Sequence record: MK250029.1
Length of the DNA: 64,000 nt
Direction: 5' to 3' (one strand)
Position 1 is the stretch's first letter. Each line of letters opens with the position of its first letter. The notes beneath the pieces are model-generated. The model ran no database searches. It was not told the DNA's origin and was given only the letters and a program-made list of their open reading frames with translations. The position numbers and the translations under genes are program-made. Shown in pieces: positions 11,253 to 21,838 of this stretch.

Positions 11253-11360
11253 TGTTATTAAAGTCAGATTCGAACTGACACCTCAGCAAGGAGATAATAC
11301 CACTATGGGGTAACAGAGCATCCCAAGGCACTGACCAACAAATTATGCCTATTTAACAAC
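11253..11360 (-). ncRNA. Aberrant tRNA-like RNA (9-bp acceptor, extended D-stem)
   Basis: GTTGTTAAA/TTTAATAAC, AGGCA/TGCCT and GTCAG-TTCGAAT-CTGAC; no canonical anticodon loop. Confidence 0.45.
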
Positions 11361-11417
11361 AAACTAATGTATTAATTAATAATTATATATTTTATATGTA
11401 TATTACTACATAAAGTT

Positions 11418-11801
11418 TTAATGCTTCAAGTTAAATTTTTCAAATATAGGCAATAAATCATCACTGAAATCAGTAAATAACTTCTGATATGTTTCCCATG
11501 CATCCATGGGTTTATCAGGTTTCGTAAATCTTGCAGATTCCCAATCGAGAATCGCCTCGTCAAAATGCATATGTTTTTTATATTTACGCAAATGATGTTT
11601 TGCAAATCTTGTATGTATTTTTTGTATTACTTTAGTTCCTAAAAATGGGAAAAATATATACATAAAAATTTTATCCAAATCATGAAAAGGATATTTATAA
11701 TAACCTATATATTTCTTTTCTAATTTCATTACCATAATATAATGTTTAAAACTATATGGTATATGTTTATATGATTTTTTTATATTTGTTATAATGTTCA
11801 T
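11418..11801 (-). CDS. HD-like domain protein
   Basis: FHDLDK...IHTRFAKHH...EAILDWESA; paralogous to 63437..63940. Confidence 0.5.
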   Translation of the reverse strand: MNIITNIKKSYKHIPYSFKHYIMVMKLEKKYIGYYKYPFHDLDKIFMYIFFPFLGTKVIQKIHTRFAKHHLRKYKKHMHFDEAILDWESARFTKPDKPMDAWETYQKLFTDFSDDLLPIFEKFNLKH

Positions 11802-11913
11802 TGTTAATTAAATTATTAATTACTTATTAAATTGTTATATACAAAGATACATATTTTATTCAAAATAAAAAAGTCACCAATAGGAATTTGACTTCTTATT
11901 AGTGACTTTATTT

Positions 11914-12153
11914 TTATTTCAAATATTTAAATATCTCGTGATATTTCTTTATATTTTCTTTAAAATGTTCAGTCGATATATTAGAATAATCTACATAATC
12001 ACCTTCTACGTAATAAAGATTATCATCAGATGAAAAATGTTTAAATCCATATTTATTAGCTTCATTTAAGGCTTCATCATCATCTTTTGCTTCAAATCTA
12101 TGATGGAAAAAGTGTCCATGATAATCTTCTAACTCTACTTCATATTTTCTCAT
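11914..12153 (-). CDS. Hypothetical protein
   Basis: 79-aa ORF, last gene of the operon. Confidence 0.5.
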   Translation of the reverse strand: MRKYEVELEDYHGHFFHHRFEAKDDDEALNEANKYGFKHFSSDDNLYYVEGDYVDYSNISTEHFKENIKKYHEIFKYLK

Positions 12154-12164
12154 AATAAAAATTA

Positions 12165-13031
12165 TTATTGTGTAATCATTTTATAAAGTAAATTCCACTT
12201 TTCCAATACTTGATCTGATGAACCTCCTGCACGCCATACATCTTTATCAAGACTTCCAAGATCATAATGTCTATATCGTCCGCAATCTGGTGAAATTTCG
12301 CCATATACAGTTTTACCATCTTCTGATATAAACAAACATAAGTCATATATTACAATATCTTTTTCTGCAAGAAAATCAGATAATACAGAAAATGTCATAG
12401 CTGCTGTTTTTCTTGCTTCTTTTACATCAATATAATAATCTGCTTGAGCATCACACATAACTTCATCTGCTAACATCTTATGTGTATCTGGTTCCCAAAA
12501 TGGATTTCTCCAATCAAAACGTACAATTGGTTCAGGATATGGTTCCATATCTTTAATTTCCATACCTGCATAATAAGGATGTGTTTTTCTTACGTGTGAT
12601 TTACCCATACCAAAATATCGGTGTTTACTTGTACCTGTATGATTTGCTTTAACTACAACTTCAATATTTGGTGCATCTTTAATTATACGAGCTAATACAA
12701 ATTCATCGCCATAATCAAGATATGCATGTTTAATACCATGTTCTTTAAGCAATTCACATAATACTTTACTTACATGTACACGAGGAATATTACTACCTTC
12801 TACAATACCTGTTCTATTATATGTAAATGAATAAATTGTAGGTTTAAAATAGATAATACAATATTCGTCATCTAATGCACGTATTTCTTTACTTTCACCT
12901 TCTACAACTAAAGGCATTTTTCTAAATGTTTCAAAATCAATAGAAAATAAGTCTTTAATATTCCATTTAGGATATAATACTGTTTTACAATATTCTATTG
13001 ATTTCAAATCTTCTTCTTGTATCTTATTCAT
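12165..13031 (-). CDS. purC: SAICAR synthetase (PurC)-like ATP-dependent ligase
   Basis: EGESKEI, PNIEVVVK, YDLCLF...GEISPDCGRYR, LDKDVWR motifs of the SAICAR synthetase fold. Confidence 0.8.
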   Translation of the reverse strand: MNKIQEEDLKSIEYCKTVLYPKWNIKDLFSIDFETFRKMPLVVEGESKEIRALDDEYCIIYFKPTIYSFTYNRTGIVEGSNIPRVHVSKVLCELLKEHGIKHAYLDYGDEFVLARIIKDAPNIEVVVKANHTGTSKHRYFGMGKSHVRKTHPYYAGMEIKDMEPYPEPIVRFDWRNPFWEPDTHKMLADEVMCDAQADYYIDVKEARKTAAMTFSVLSDFLAEKDIVIYDLCLFISEDGKTVYGEISPDCGRYRHYDLGSLDKDVWRAGGSSDQVLEKWNLLYKMITQ

Positions 13032-13037
13032 AAATTA

Positions 13038-13529
13038 TTACCAAGTTAAATTATTATCCTTAATATATTTCTCAACAACAGGAGGTACAAACTCTCCAAT
13101 AGGAAGTTTATAATGTACTAACTCTCTTACAAATGTAGATGAAATATCAATATTATAAGGTTCACAAAAGCCCATTACCAACATTGTTTCTACACCTGCT
13201 AAATAATGATTAGTTGCTGCCAAAGACTTTTCATATGTAAAATCTTCTGAATTTCTAATACCTCTAACAATATATGAAACATTATTTTTCTTACAATAAT
13301 CAGAAATTAATGTATCAGTCATATCAATTACTGTTACATTAGGATAATCCTTGAAAATTTCTTTAATTAACTTAATTCGCTCTGAACGTTTAATAAGCCC
13401 TTCACCTTTCTTTAAATTTGTTGCTAATGCAATAATAAATTCATCACATAATTTATATGTCTGATCTACAATTGCCTTATGCCCATTTGTAAATGGATCA
13501 AATGATCCAGGAAATATAAATTTCTTCAT
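13038..13529 (-). CDS. coaD: Phosphopantetheine adenylyltransferase (CoaD)-like nucleotidyltransferase
   Basis: FPGSFDPFTNGH, VRGIRNSEDFTYE, ISSTFVRE. Confidence 0.88.
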   Translation of the reverse strand: MKKFIFPGSFDPFTNGHKAIVDQTYKLCDEFIIALATNLKKGEGLIKRSERIKLIKEIFKDYPNVTVIDMTDTLISDYCKKNNVSYIVRGIRNSEDFTYEKSLAATNHYLAGVETMLVMGFCEPYNIDISSTFVRELVHYKLPIGEFVPPVVEKYIKDNNLTW

Positions 13530-13532
13530 CTT

Positions 13533-14183
13533 TTAATTTTCAATATTTTGTGAAACCCAAAGTCCTAATTGCTTTAATGCTTGCTTTCGATGACTCTTCA
13601 AATTTTTTCTTGCTGAATCTAATTCAGCATATGTTTTACCAAATGTATTATCTCCTACAAATATAGGATCATATCCAAATCCATTTGTACCTCTTAATTC
13701 ATCTAATATATATCCATATGAATATCCGCTAAACGTTTTTTCGATAATACCATTTTTTGCTATTGCAAAACATACTTCAAAATATGCAGATCGTTCATTA
13801 AATGGAATCTTTTTGATATATTGTAACAATTTCTCATTGTTAAGTCTATCATGTTCTGACTTATCTGTTGTAAACTCTTCATGCGGTACATTAGTAACAT
13901 TTAATTCATTATCTATTGTAACTTCATGAAAACGAGCTGAATATGGTCCCGGTAAATTATTCAATCCAGGAACAACTAAACCACTATCTTCTGCAATAAC
14001 ATATGTATCAGGATATTCTTTACTATATGCAGTTGCTTTAAGTATAGCATTATCTTTAATTGTTTTACCAGTCTCTTGAACATCTAATGCATGTGGTTCA
14101 ATTTCATATCCTAATGGACTTAAAATTGATGCAATCTCTCTAATTTTACCAGGATTACTTGTACCTACAATAATTTTACTCAT
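13533..14183 (-). CDS. rdgB: HAM1/RdgB non-canonical purine NTP pyrophosphatase
   Basis: GTSNPGK, ETGKTIKDNA.LKA, EDSGL, PGPYSARF, GFGYDPIF, SHR..AL. Confidence 0.9.
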   Translation of the reverse strand: MSKIIVGTSNPGKIREIASILSPLGYEIEPHALDVQETGKTIKDNAILKATAYSKEYPDTYVIAEDSGLVVPGLNNLPGPYSARFHEVTIDNELNVTNVPHEEFTTDKSEHDRLNNEKLLQYIKKIPFNERSAYFEVCFAIAKNGIIEKTFSGYSYGYILDELRGTNGFGYDPIFVGDNTFGKTYAELDSARKNLKSHRKQALKQLGLWVSQNIEN

Positions 14184-14644
14184 GATTTATTCATTATTTG
14201 TTTCTTAATAAAATCTCTTATAATTTCTATAATAGTTCCTGTACTATCATATGGTATTCTTGAAACTAAATATACATTACTATATTTTTTTTCTTTACAA
14301 TGATTATATAGTAACATAAATGATTTTCTATAATACTCTAAATCTTCTAATGTATGAAATTCTTCATCTAATGAATCTCCTCTTTTTTGTATTCTTTGTT
14401 GACAATGTTCTGGAAAATCATCTAAAATAATATATAAAGTATCATTATCAATATTATTATCGATGTAATCATACATTTTTTCTTCTGAATCTTTATTTAG
14501 TAATGTAGCTTTACTGAAAATACCTCTATCTTTAAATATACAATTATTAAAAAATTGTTTAATAAGATTAATTATATAAGTTTTACCAGTACCATCATTA
14601 CCGTCAAATTCAATATTAAACGTTAATTGTTTTTCTGTTTGCAT
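14180..14644 (-). CDS. P-loop nucleotide monophosphate kinase-like protein
   Basis: IEFDGNDGTGKT Walker A, DRG and CQQRIQKRG motifs of TMPK-like kinases. Confidence 0.65.
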   Translation of the reverse strand: MQTEKQLTFNIEFDGNDGTGKTYIINLIKQFFNNCIFKDRGIFSKATLLNKDSEEKMYDYIDNNIDNDTLYIILDDFPEHCQQRIQKRGDSLDEEFHTLEDLEYYRKSFMLLYNHCKEKKYSNVYLVSRIPYDSTGTIIEIIRDFIKKQIMNKS

Positions 14645-15261
14645 AAATTATAAACTTTTTGTATATTTGTTGGTAACCAGCAATCCATTAAACTAGCATG
14701 CTCAAATATACATGTATCAGTATTAATAATATTACTTAATATCTTTATGCCATTTGCTTTTAATGTTGCACCTGTTTCAACAACATCTATAATACAATCA
14801 GCACCAATATCGATATATCCTTCTGTTGAACCTGATGTATTCAATGTATAATATGGACAATGCATTTTATTTGTAAAATAATGCTTTGCTATTGTTTCAA
14901 ATTCAGTTGCACATATGATAGGATGTTTCAATGATGTTAATTCATCTAATGTCATTTTTGATGCTAAACATATTTGTACCTTATTTAAACCTGTATGTGA
15001 TACTAATTCTAATTCATTTTCATACTCGCTATTATTAACCATATCATAACCACATATACCAAATTCACAAAACTTACTTGCAATTAATTCTGGTATTGCT
15101 TTTGGTTTAGCTATAAATAATGCACAGTCATCTGACCAATCAGGAAAATAATATTTACGAGTATTTTCATCTGGCATATCAATATTACATTCATTAAATA
15201 ATGATTTAACTCCTGTATATAATCTACCTTTTGGTACAACTAATATTGGTTTATTATTCAT
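14623..15261 (-). CDS. hisG: ATP phosphoribosyltransferase, short form
   Basis: VPKGRL, GICGYD, CATEF, GSTEG, ADCIIDVVETGATLKANG. Confidence 0.88.
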   Translation of the reverse strand: MNNKPILVVPKGRLYTGVKSLFNECNIDMPDENTRKYYFPDWSDDCALFIAKPKAIPELIASKFCEFGICGYDMVNNSEYENELELVSHTGLNKVQICLASKMTLDELTSLKHPIICATEFETIAKHYFTNKMHCPYYTLNTSGSTEGYIDIGADCIIDVVETGATLKANGIKILSNIINTDTCIFEHASLMDCWLPTNIQKVYNLCKQKNN

Positions 15262-15709
15262 AATTATTTTTCTTTAAAATTCTTAGATTATCTCTATCTT
15301 TTAAAATAAAATTTGTAATCTCTTCAATTAAATATTTGTTATTAGTAGTCATATAGAAACATGTAGTTGAATCATCTCCTCTATGTTTATCCCAACCCTT
15401 TCTACCAAATTCAATTTTCAAATTATCTTTCTTAAATAAAAATCCAGGAAACCAATAATATACAAAACCTGAAAATGAATTTGTTTTCTTTACTTCACCA
15501 TTAGTTAACAATGCTAATTCATTTAAAAATTTTCTATATTGATAACTAAACATTCTCGCTGTATATGATGTAGTATTCCTAAAAATTAAATCATAATAAT
15601 TTTCATGACCAGTTGCATAAGATTTTCCTGATAAACTTACACATTCTATATGTTTCCCAAATATATTAATAATTTGCTTTACTATTTCATCTAATTCTGC
15701 ATTTACCAT
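15254..15709 (-). CDS. Hypothetical protein
   Basis: 151-aa ORF, overlapping or abutting its neighbours. Confidence 0.55.
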   Translation of the reverse strand: MVNAELDEIVKQIINIFGKHIECVSLSGKSYATGHENYYDLIFRNTTSYTARMFSYQYRKFLNELALLTNGEVKKTNSFSGFVYYWFPGFLFKKDNLKIEFGRKGWDKHRGDDSTTCFYMTTNNKYLIEEITNFILKDRDNLRILKKNNYE

Positions 15710-15711
15710 AA

Positions 15712-16395
15712 TTACTCTAATATTTTACATTCCTCTTCTGTATATCTCTTATGTAATTCAGTTAACCACCATTTTGTTTTAACTTTTACTTTAGGCATTC
15801 GTTGTCCCTTTAATAATGTTGATCGCCTAATTACTACACCTTCTTTTATATATGGATATTTACAATTAGTTTCAGTCCAATCATTATTTTGTATATCTTT
15901 AATAAAGTCATTAACTAATGGTCCTGTATAAACTAATTGAGGTAATTCAATACCACAATCTTTAAATAAATCCATATAAATTTTTGGTTCAATATATCCT
16001 TTCTTTTTTATAAATACATCAATTAATGCAAGATGCATATTATCTTTATCTTCTAATGAATGAAATCCTGCGAAACTATGTTCTCCATACCATTCAAAGA
16101 AAAATGTAATTTCATCAACACCAGAGAATACATCTTTTTTACATCTATGTTGTTCAACAATATTAGATAATATAGTTTCATAATTATGTGATTTAAAATA
16201 ACGTACAGCATCACCAAATTGTTCAGATGACTCATCTACCATACATTTTCTTGAACCAAAATTTGTGAACATCTTTTTCTTAACAGAATATTTAGCGCAG
16301 AAATTTTGTCCATCTAATTTATTAAATGCCCATACTTGTTCACCTAGTAATTCAGTATTATATTTTATATTATCTATTGAATCGTAATGTTTCAT
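15712..16395 (-). CDS. ATP-dependent RNA ligase (Rnl2-like)
   Basis: Motif I NKLDGQN, motif III FFEWYG, motif IV EGVVIR, motif V KVKTKWW. Confidence 0.75.
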   Translation of the reverse strand: MKHYDSIDNIKYNTELLGEQVWAFNKLDGQNFCAKYSVKKKMFTNFGSRKCMVDESSEQFGDAVRYFKSHNYETILSNIVEQHRCKKDVFSGVDEITFFFEWYGEHSFAGFHSLEDKDNMHLALIDVFIKKKGYIEPKIYMDLFKDCGIELPQLVYTGPLVNDFIKDIQNNDWTETNCKYPYIKEGVVIRRSTLLKGQRMPKVKVKTKWWLTELHKRYTEEECKILE

Positions 16396-16599
16396 GTAAT
16401 TATTTTAGTTTAACTTATTTTAGCAGAAGCATTTTTACATATATCAATGTGTTCTCCTTTATTATCTGTTATTAAATTTAAAATATATGACCACATCTCT
16501 TTATCTTCTAACCCATCTGTAATTATATCTATATCATAATTATCTGGTAATTCAAACTGTAAATGAATATCTAATTTTCTTTTCATAATTAACTCATTA

Positions 16600-17178
16600 T
16601 TAAATATTATCTAATTTACGACAATTATAACCTTGATCGTATGATAATTTTAAAAGTTCTGTAACTAACTTAATATCTTTTGTATTAGAATCTCTATATT
16701 TCTTAATTATTTGTTCAATGAAATAATTTCGTTTATTTGTATATTCAAGTAATTGTCTTGCATCATCAATTACTTCTTTCATACTTTCTAACTGATTTTC
16801 ATCTGTATAAACATTATTATACTCTTTACATTCTATAATACTACAATTTTCATCTTCATCTATATTATCTATATCATAATCTCCAATTACTGGAACCTTA
16901 TAACATGTATAAAATATAGTATGATTAAAAAGAGTTATTTCATACAAATATGAAATATCTCTTGCAACTTTATCATCTTCTTGTATATCATCATATGAAT
17001 CAAGAATTTGTTTTGTTAATGATTCATAATCATATTCTTCTACATTTTTTGAATATTTTTCTAATACTGCTTTTAAATCATCACCAGTACCACTGTCTGG
17101 ATAACCATCACAATGTCTATATAAAATATTGCGTCCTGTTATACCACTTTGAACTATAATATTACAACGTGTAGGCAT
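16600..17178 (-). CDS. Hypothetical phage protein
   Basis: 192-aa ORF with MPTRCNI...LYRHCDGYP start. Confidence 0.6.
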   Translation of the reverse strand: MPTRCNIIVQSGITGRNILYRHCDGYPDSGTGDDLKAVLEKYSKNVEEYDYESLTKQILDSYDDIQEDDKVARDISYLYEITLFNHTIFYTCYKVPVIGDYDIDNIDEDENCSIIECKEYNNVYTDENQLESMKEVIDDARQLLEYTNKRNYFIEQIIKKYRDSNTKDIKLVTELLKLSYDQGYNCRKLDNI

Positions 17179-17281
17179 AATTTTATAATACTTCTATTTT
17201 TAATCTATCTGTTATATAACTTTTATTTTAAAATGTTTATAAAACAAATAAATAATAAAAATAAAATTTTAATTTTTTAAC

Positions 17282-17893
17282 ATGAATAAAAAGGCATTAT
17301 ATGAAGCTATAATGAGAGATATTAGCAAAATCGTTAAGAAAAAAATTAACGAAAATATGGAAGAAAATACAATTAATATTCCATCTCAATATTATGATGA
17401 AGATGGTGATATTGATTTAAGTGATCTTTCGGTATTACCACAAAATATTATCAATGCATTGGCAAAGGATCTTCTTACTAATGGAGATTTTCAAGAAGAC
17501 GATAGAGATGATGATTGTCTCATGTGTAGTATATTACCATATATTGATTCAAAAAATGAAAATGCTACTATTTTAACACGTTCATTAGAAGATTATGGTA
17601 TGTGTTTATCATTCAATGCAACAGTCGATTATGAAAATATTGATCATGCAGCATATCCATCAAATGATAGAGACGTTCCTGATGATCCGGCATATAGAGA
17701 ATGTGATATTAAAGATGTTGTAATTTCTGGTTTAATGTTAACTGACGGTGACCAAGAAATTATGATTAATGACCCAGATATTATTGAAAAGGTAAAGGAT
17801 GAAACATTATCATCTAATGTTATTGATAATTTCAGAATTGAATAGGAAGAGTCATATGATCCATATGAAATGGATGATTATTATGAAGACTAA
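17282..17893 (+). CDS. Acidic hypothetical protein with LYEAIM leader (203 aa, code 15)
   Basis: Listed ORF continues through TAG 17843 to TAA 17893. Confidence 0.6.
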
Positions 17894-17975
17894 TAATTAA
17901 AAACAATAAAGGTTAATAAGCATAAACACTTATTAACCTTTAATTTTTTATATGATAATAAAAATGAAAAAAATG

Positions 17976-18046
17976 TTGGGATAACAGGATTCGAACCTAT
18001 GATTACTGATCCAGAGTCAGTCGTATTACCACTATACTATATCCCA
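17976..18046 (-). tRNA. tRNA-Gln(CTG)
   Basis: TGGGATA/TATCCCA acceptor; ACTGA-CT CTG GA-TCAGT; GGTTCGAATCC. Confidence 0.92.
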
Positions 18047-18459
18047 ATAAAATCTATAAGCTTACTATACTATATATTTATTATATATCGTTTTGGATTT
18101 ATGAGTTAATAAGATTTATTATACCAAAAACATTATTTTCATAAACAACCACATTTATTATTTACCGGTATGTGTTTCATTCACCTATTAATATATACGT
18201 AATATATTAATAACATCTGGGTACTCTTTATTACTAATAAACAATGTTCCTATTTTATCATCTTAATAGAAGTAAATATGAAATTATTTTAATTATCTTC
18301 ATATAACAATAAAACAGAAGATATTTTCAAATCATTAAAATAATCTATTTACTAATGTCAATTGCATTCTTTATTTGTGCACTATTTATAATGCAATAAT
18401 CTCTCATTAAGGAACGAACTTATAGACCACTACATCTTTAAATCTGTTGTGGATTTTTG

Positions 18460-18544
18460 CGGAGAGCAGTGGTCCCGACCCACATTCACATACATGAACA
18501 AGCAATTTAGCAGATTGTCCCTAACCCCGTTAGGTTTACTCTCC
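18460..18544 (-). tRNA. tRNA-Ser(GCT), atypical T-loop
   Basis: GGAGAGT/GCTCTCC; ACAAT-CT GCT AA-ATTGC; long variable arm; T-loop GTCGGGA. Confidence 0.8.
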
Positions 18545-18625
18545 AAATTGATTAATAAATTATATCAATCAATTTTATTTACTATATTTATAGTATATTA
18601 TAATCAAAAAGTTTACTTTTTATCA

Positions 18626-18970
18626 CTAAAAATATAATATAATTTTATTATCAGTTGATTCTTGCCGATATTCACATCTATAACCATATGTGTAAATAAG
18701 TAATGATATAAATTGTTGAATCCATTGTTTATAACAATCTTCTGCTGGTATACTATGTTTTTTTGTTAACATTGCAACCATAGTTAATTCTGATATGATA
18801 CAATACGTACTTCCTTTTGCTACAGCATCTTTAAGTTTTTCATTTACATAATCAATAATAACATCACCACGTCTTAAAAATGATTGATTTGCTTCATATG
18901 CAATAGAATTACGTAATTCTGTAGCTTTTGGAATTATAATATCACTTTTCTTCTGTTTAAATTTTATCAT
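18626..18970 (-). CDS. Hypothetical protein
   Basis: 114-aa ORF. Confidence 0.5.
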   Translation of the reverse strand: MIKFKQKKSDIIIPKATELRNSIAYEANQSFLRRGDVIIDYVNEKLKDAVAKGSTYCIISELTMVAMLTKKHSIPAEDCYKQWIQQFISLLIYTYGYRCEYRQESTDNKIILYF

Positions 18971-19336
18971 TGAAAATTTTCATATTTATCCTTTAATTGT
19001 TGAAGTCTTCTATAATTCGTATACAATACATTTGCATCACCACTAGTAGGATTATTCACCAATTTATAATAATCTAATTCTGCCTGTAAATATTCAGATT
19101 TTGCTATTTGGTAATCTGCTTCTTTATAAGCATTGAATAAATCTGGTTCATATTGTTCAAGTGAATCACCATATTTTTCTTCTGTTACATTATTAATTAA
19201 TGAAACTCTCGAATCATTAAATATATGGTGTTGAAAATCTTCAGTTATATTTGAAGATTCTTTTTTTATTATTTCATCCTTTTTATTAATTACATATATA
19301 ACATACTATTTAGATGAAAAAAGTAATTTAATTAAT

Positions 19337-19708
19337 TTAAAAATGTTCATCTTCATTTAAAATAAATTTCGTACAATCTCGCGTTTTATATAGAAATTCT
19401 TTTGCCGCTTCATATGATAAAAAATAATTTGAAACTAATTCTTTGTCAATTCCAGTACATACTATCTGGTTATCAGTTTTCATTAAAAAATCGCGAAAAA
19501 ATGGTAAAATACTGAAGTAATTCCAGTAAATTTTGTAATATTTTATATGTTTTCCTAAACCTATATCAAATTCATCAACATATTTAATAGTATACTCAAT
19601 TGGACCAAAAATATTAAATATTTTCTTAATTTGTATATCTCTATCATATGTTAATGATATTAGGTACATATAAAAAAATGTGAATATTAATATATTTGTA
19701 ATCATCAC
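19337..19708 (-). CDS. Hypothetical protein with N-terminal hydrophobic segment
   Basis: 123-aa ORF. Confidence 0.5.
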   Translation of the reverse strand: MMITNILIFTFFYMYLISLTYDRDIQIKKIFNIFGPIEYTIKYVDEFDIGLGKHIKYYKIYWNYFSILPFFRDFLMKTDNQIVCTGIDKELVSNYFLSYEAAKEFLYKTRDCTKFILNEDEHF

Positions 19709-19847
19709 AATTCATTTTCTAAATTTTCTAATTTTATCTCTAACAACCTTATCCTGTTTTCTTGTGTTAAAATAATAGTTTTTAACTTATTAATAGAATC
19801 AATAATTTCATTTATCTTATCATATAATTGTTTTTCTTGCTCATTAC

Positions 19848-20159
19848 TCATATTATTATCTTATCATTTAAAATATCATCAACTATATTAACTAATATAG
19901 GGCAAACACAATTATAATAATCAAAGTCTTTTTCAAAAGAAATATCATTATTAGAAAAATCCTTATATAATTGTAAAAGAATAAATGCAACATATTTATT
20001 AAATGGACGATCAGTGATATTATATGATGAAATATTACGTAATATTTCATATACACTTTCTGCATCCATATAAGTATCCAACTCTTTTACATATTTAACT
20101 ATATTATTTTGAATCTGAATAATATAATTATTTATATTTGAATTATTTATAGTTATCAT
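19848..20159 (-). CDS. Hypothetical protein
   Basis: 103-aa ORF. Confidence 0.5.
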   Translation of the reverse strand: MITINNSNINNYIIQIQNNIVKYVKELDTYMDAESVYEILRNISSYNITDRPFNKYVAFILLQLYKDFSNNDISFEKDFDYYNCVCPILVNIVDDILNDKIII

Positions 20160-20164
20160 ATTTC

Positions 20165-20377
20165 TTACTCTTCAATAAATTTTTTAATTGTTTTTGCCAT
20201 ATCAATAATTCTATCAAATTCATATCGGTCTCTATTAGCCTTCTCTGAATTTGCCCAATACATTGTATAAATCAATGCACGATCAGCTGCAGGTAACTTA
20301 CCAAAGTTATCGTCATTGATTAAATCATCAAATTTATTGTTCTTAAACTTAATATTTTTAGTTTCATTTGTATTCAT
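20165..20377 (-). CDS. Hypothetical protein
   Basis: 70-aa ORF. Confidence 0.5.
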   Translation of the reverse strand: MNTNETKNIKFKNNKFDDLINDDNFGKLPAADRALIYTMYWANSEKANRDRYEFDRIIDMAKTIKKFIEE

Positions 20378-20399
20378 ATAATTTATATATCAATTTATA

Positions 20400-20612
20400 T
20401 TATTTGTTTTCATTATTATTAATAACTTTAAACTTATCAGTATCAGGAATAATGGCTAAACTACCCCATGTTCCATGAAGCTGTCCAATACTATCGATAA
20501 ATTGAACAACACCTTCACGTCCAATATATGAGTTTACAACTGTATCATAACCACAATCATCAACCCATAAAATTTTAATAGTATCTCCTATCTTTACGTT
20601 TTCTTGTTCCAT
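20400..20612 (-). CDS. DUF4314-like small protein
   Basis: IGDTIKI..DD...G.EGVVQFIDSIGQLHGTWGSLAIIPDTDKF pattern. Confidence 0.6.
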   Translation of the reverse strand: MEQENVKIGDTIKILWVDDCGYDTVVNSYIGREGVVQFIDSIGQLHGTWGSLAIIPDTDKFKVINNNENK

Positions 20613-20694
20613 AACAAATCTTATTTAAACATTATATAACGAAGATACATATTTTATATTAAAAAAGAAAGGATACTAACTTAAATTAGTATCC

Positions 20695-21081
20695 TTAATA
20701 TATTTTCCACTATTCAAAATGATTTCTTGTATCTAAATAAAATAAATTAGTTTCATTCTTATATGCTTCCTGTTCAAATGATATATTTCTATATGCTTTA
20801 TGCGAAAATCTATCTTTTGTAAATAATACACGCCATAACCATTCAAAGAAATATATTATATAGAATATAATACCACCTATATACTATTGAAGACACAATG
20901 GTAAAAAACATGCAAAATCTTTCATTTGTTCAGTATGTATAGACTCATGATTTAATATTTTTTCTTTATATCTAAGAATCTATAATTTATATGCATATTC
21001 TTTTCTGACAAATAATGTACCGAAAAGATTAATAGCAATAAAACCCTATACCGGTATAATACTATTATAAACAATTTTCAT
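20695..21081 (-). CDS. Membrane protein with HExxH motif (128 aa, code 15)
   Basis: ATG 21081 to TAA 20695 with 4 TAG. FIAINLFGTLF, NHESIHTEQ, ISFEQEAY and a hydrophobic segment. Confidence 0.6.
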
Positions 21082-21098
21082 TTTATTAAATTATCCTT

Positions 21099-21833
21099 TT
21101 AATTATTTATTACTTGTTCTGTTTTTAACTCAATAATTATATCTTCTTTTATAAATAAAACATTATTATCATCTATATCTAAATATTCAATATTTTTAAT
21201 AGTATTCACAAAATTATGAACAAACGTATTTAATATAGATATATCTGTATCTTCTATTCTAAATAGAAATTTAGATAATTCTGGATATGCTAATGATATT
21301 TCTTTCTTTGTAAAATATTCATCACCATTTATTAAGCCTAAACATTGTCCAGATTGAAATGCAATTAATTTTAATATATCTTCTTTTGACATATTATTAT
21401 TTAATGTTGTGAAATCTATTGTTGTTAAATCAATATTTAATAATGTATTTAATCTACAATCAAAGTCACTACGTAATGCGAGTTTTACTTCTGATCTATA
21501 TTGAGATCTAGATAAATGAGATAAAATAGAACGTATAGAGCGTACTATCTTTAATGGTATATTGCGTTTTACATTTTTTGTAATTAATAAAGGAGTAGTC
21601 TGATGATGTAAAGAATATGTATTTTTAATAGCATTATTTAATTCATCTTTTGTTCCTTTATAACAATTAGAAATAATACCATCATCAATAGTTATTAAAT
21701 TTCTATTTTCATTTTTATCAGATGAACAAAATATCTTACATTCATTTAATGACGATAATTTATCTACAATATATGCTATGTCTATATCAGTTGAATCAGA
21801 TGAACCATATATATAATTTCCATATATTTCCAT
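21099..21833 (-). CDS. Pol-beta-superfamily nucleotidyltransferase-like protein
   Basis: YIYGSSDSTDIDIAYIV (hG[GS]..DxD) motif. Confidence 0.6.
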   Translation of the reverse strand: MEIYGNYIYGSSDSTDIDIAYIVDKLSSLNECKIFCSSDKNENRNLITIDDGIISNCYKGTKDELNNAIKNTYSLHHQTTPLLITKNVKRNIPLKIVRSIRSILSHLSRSQYRSEVKLALRSDFDCRLNTLLNIDLTTIDFTTLNNNMSKEDILKLIAFQSGQCLGLINGDEYFTKKEISLAYPELSKFLFRIEDTDISILNTFVHNFVNTIKNIEYLDIDDNNVLFIKEDIIIELKTEQVINN

Positions 21834-21838
21834 TTTAA

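Noticed and set aside
11253-11360. Possible selenocysteine tRNA (long acceptor and D-stem)
   Set aside because: No TCA anticodon and no proper 7-nt anticodon loop.
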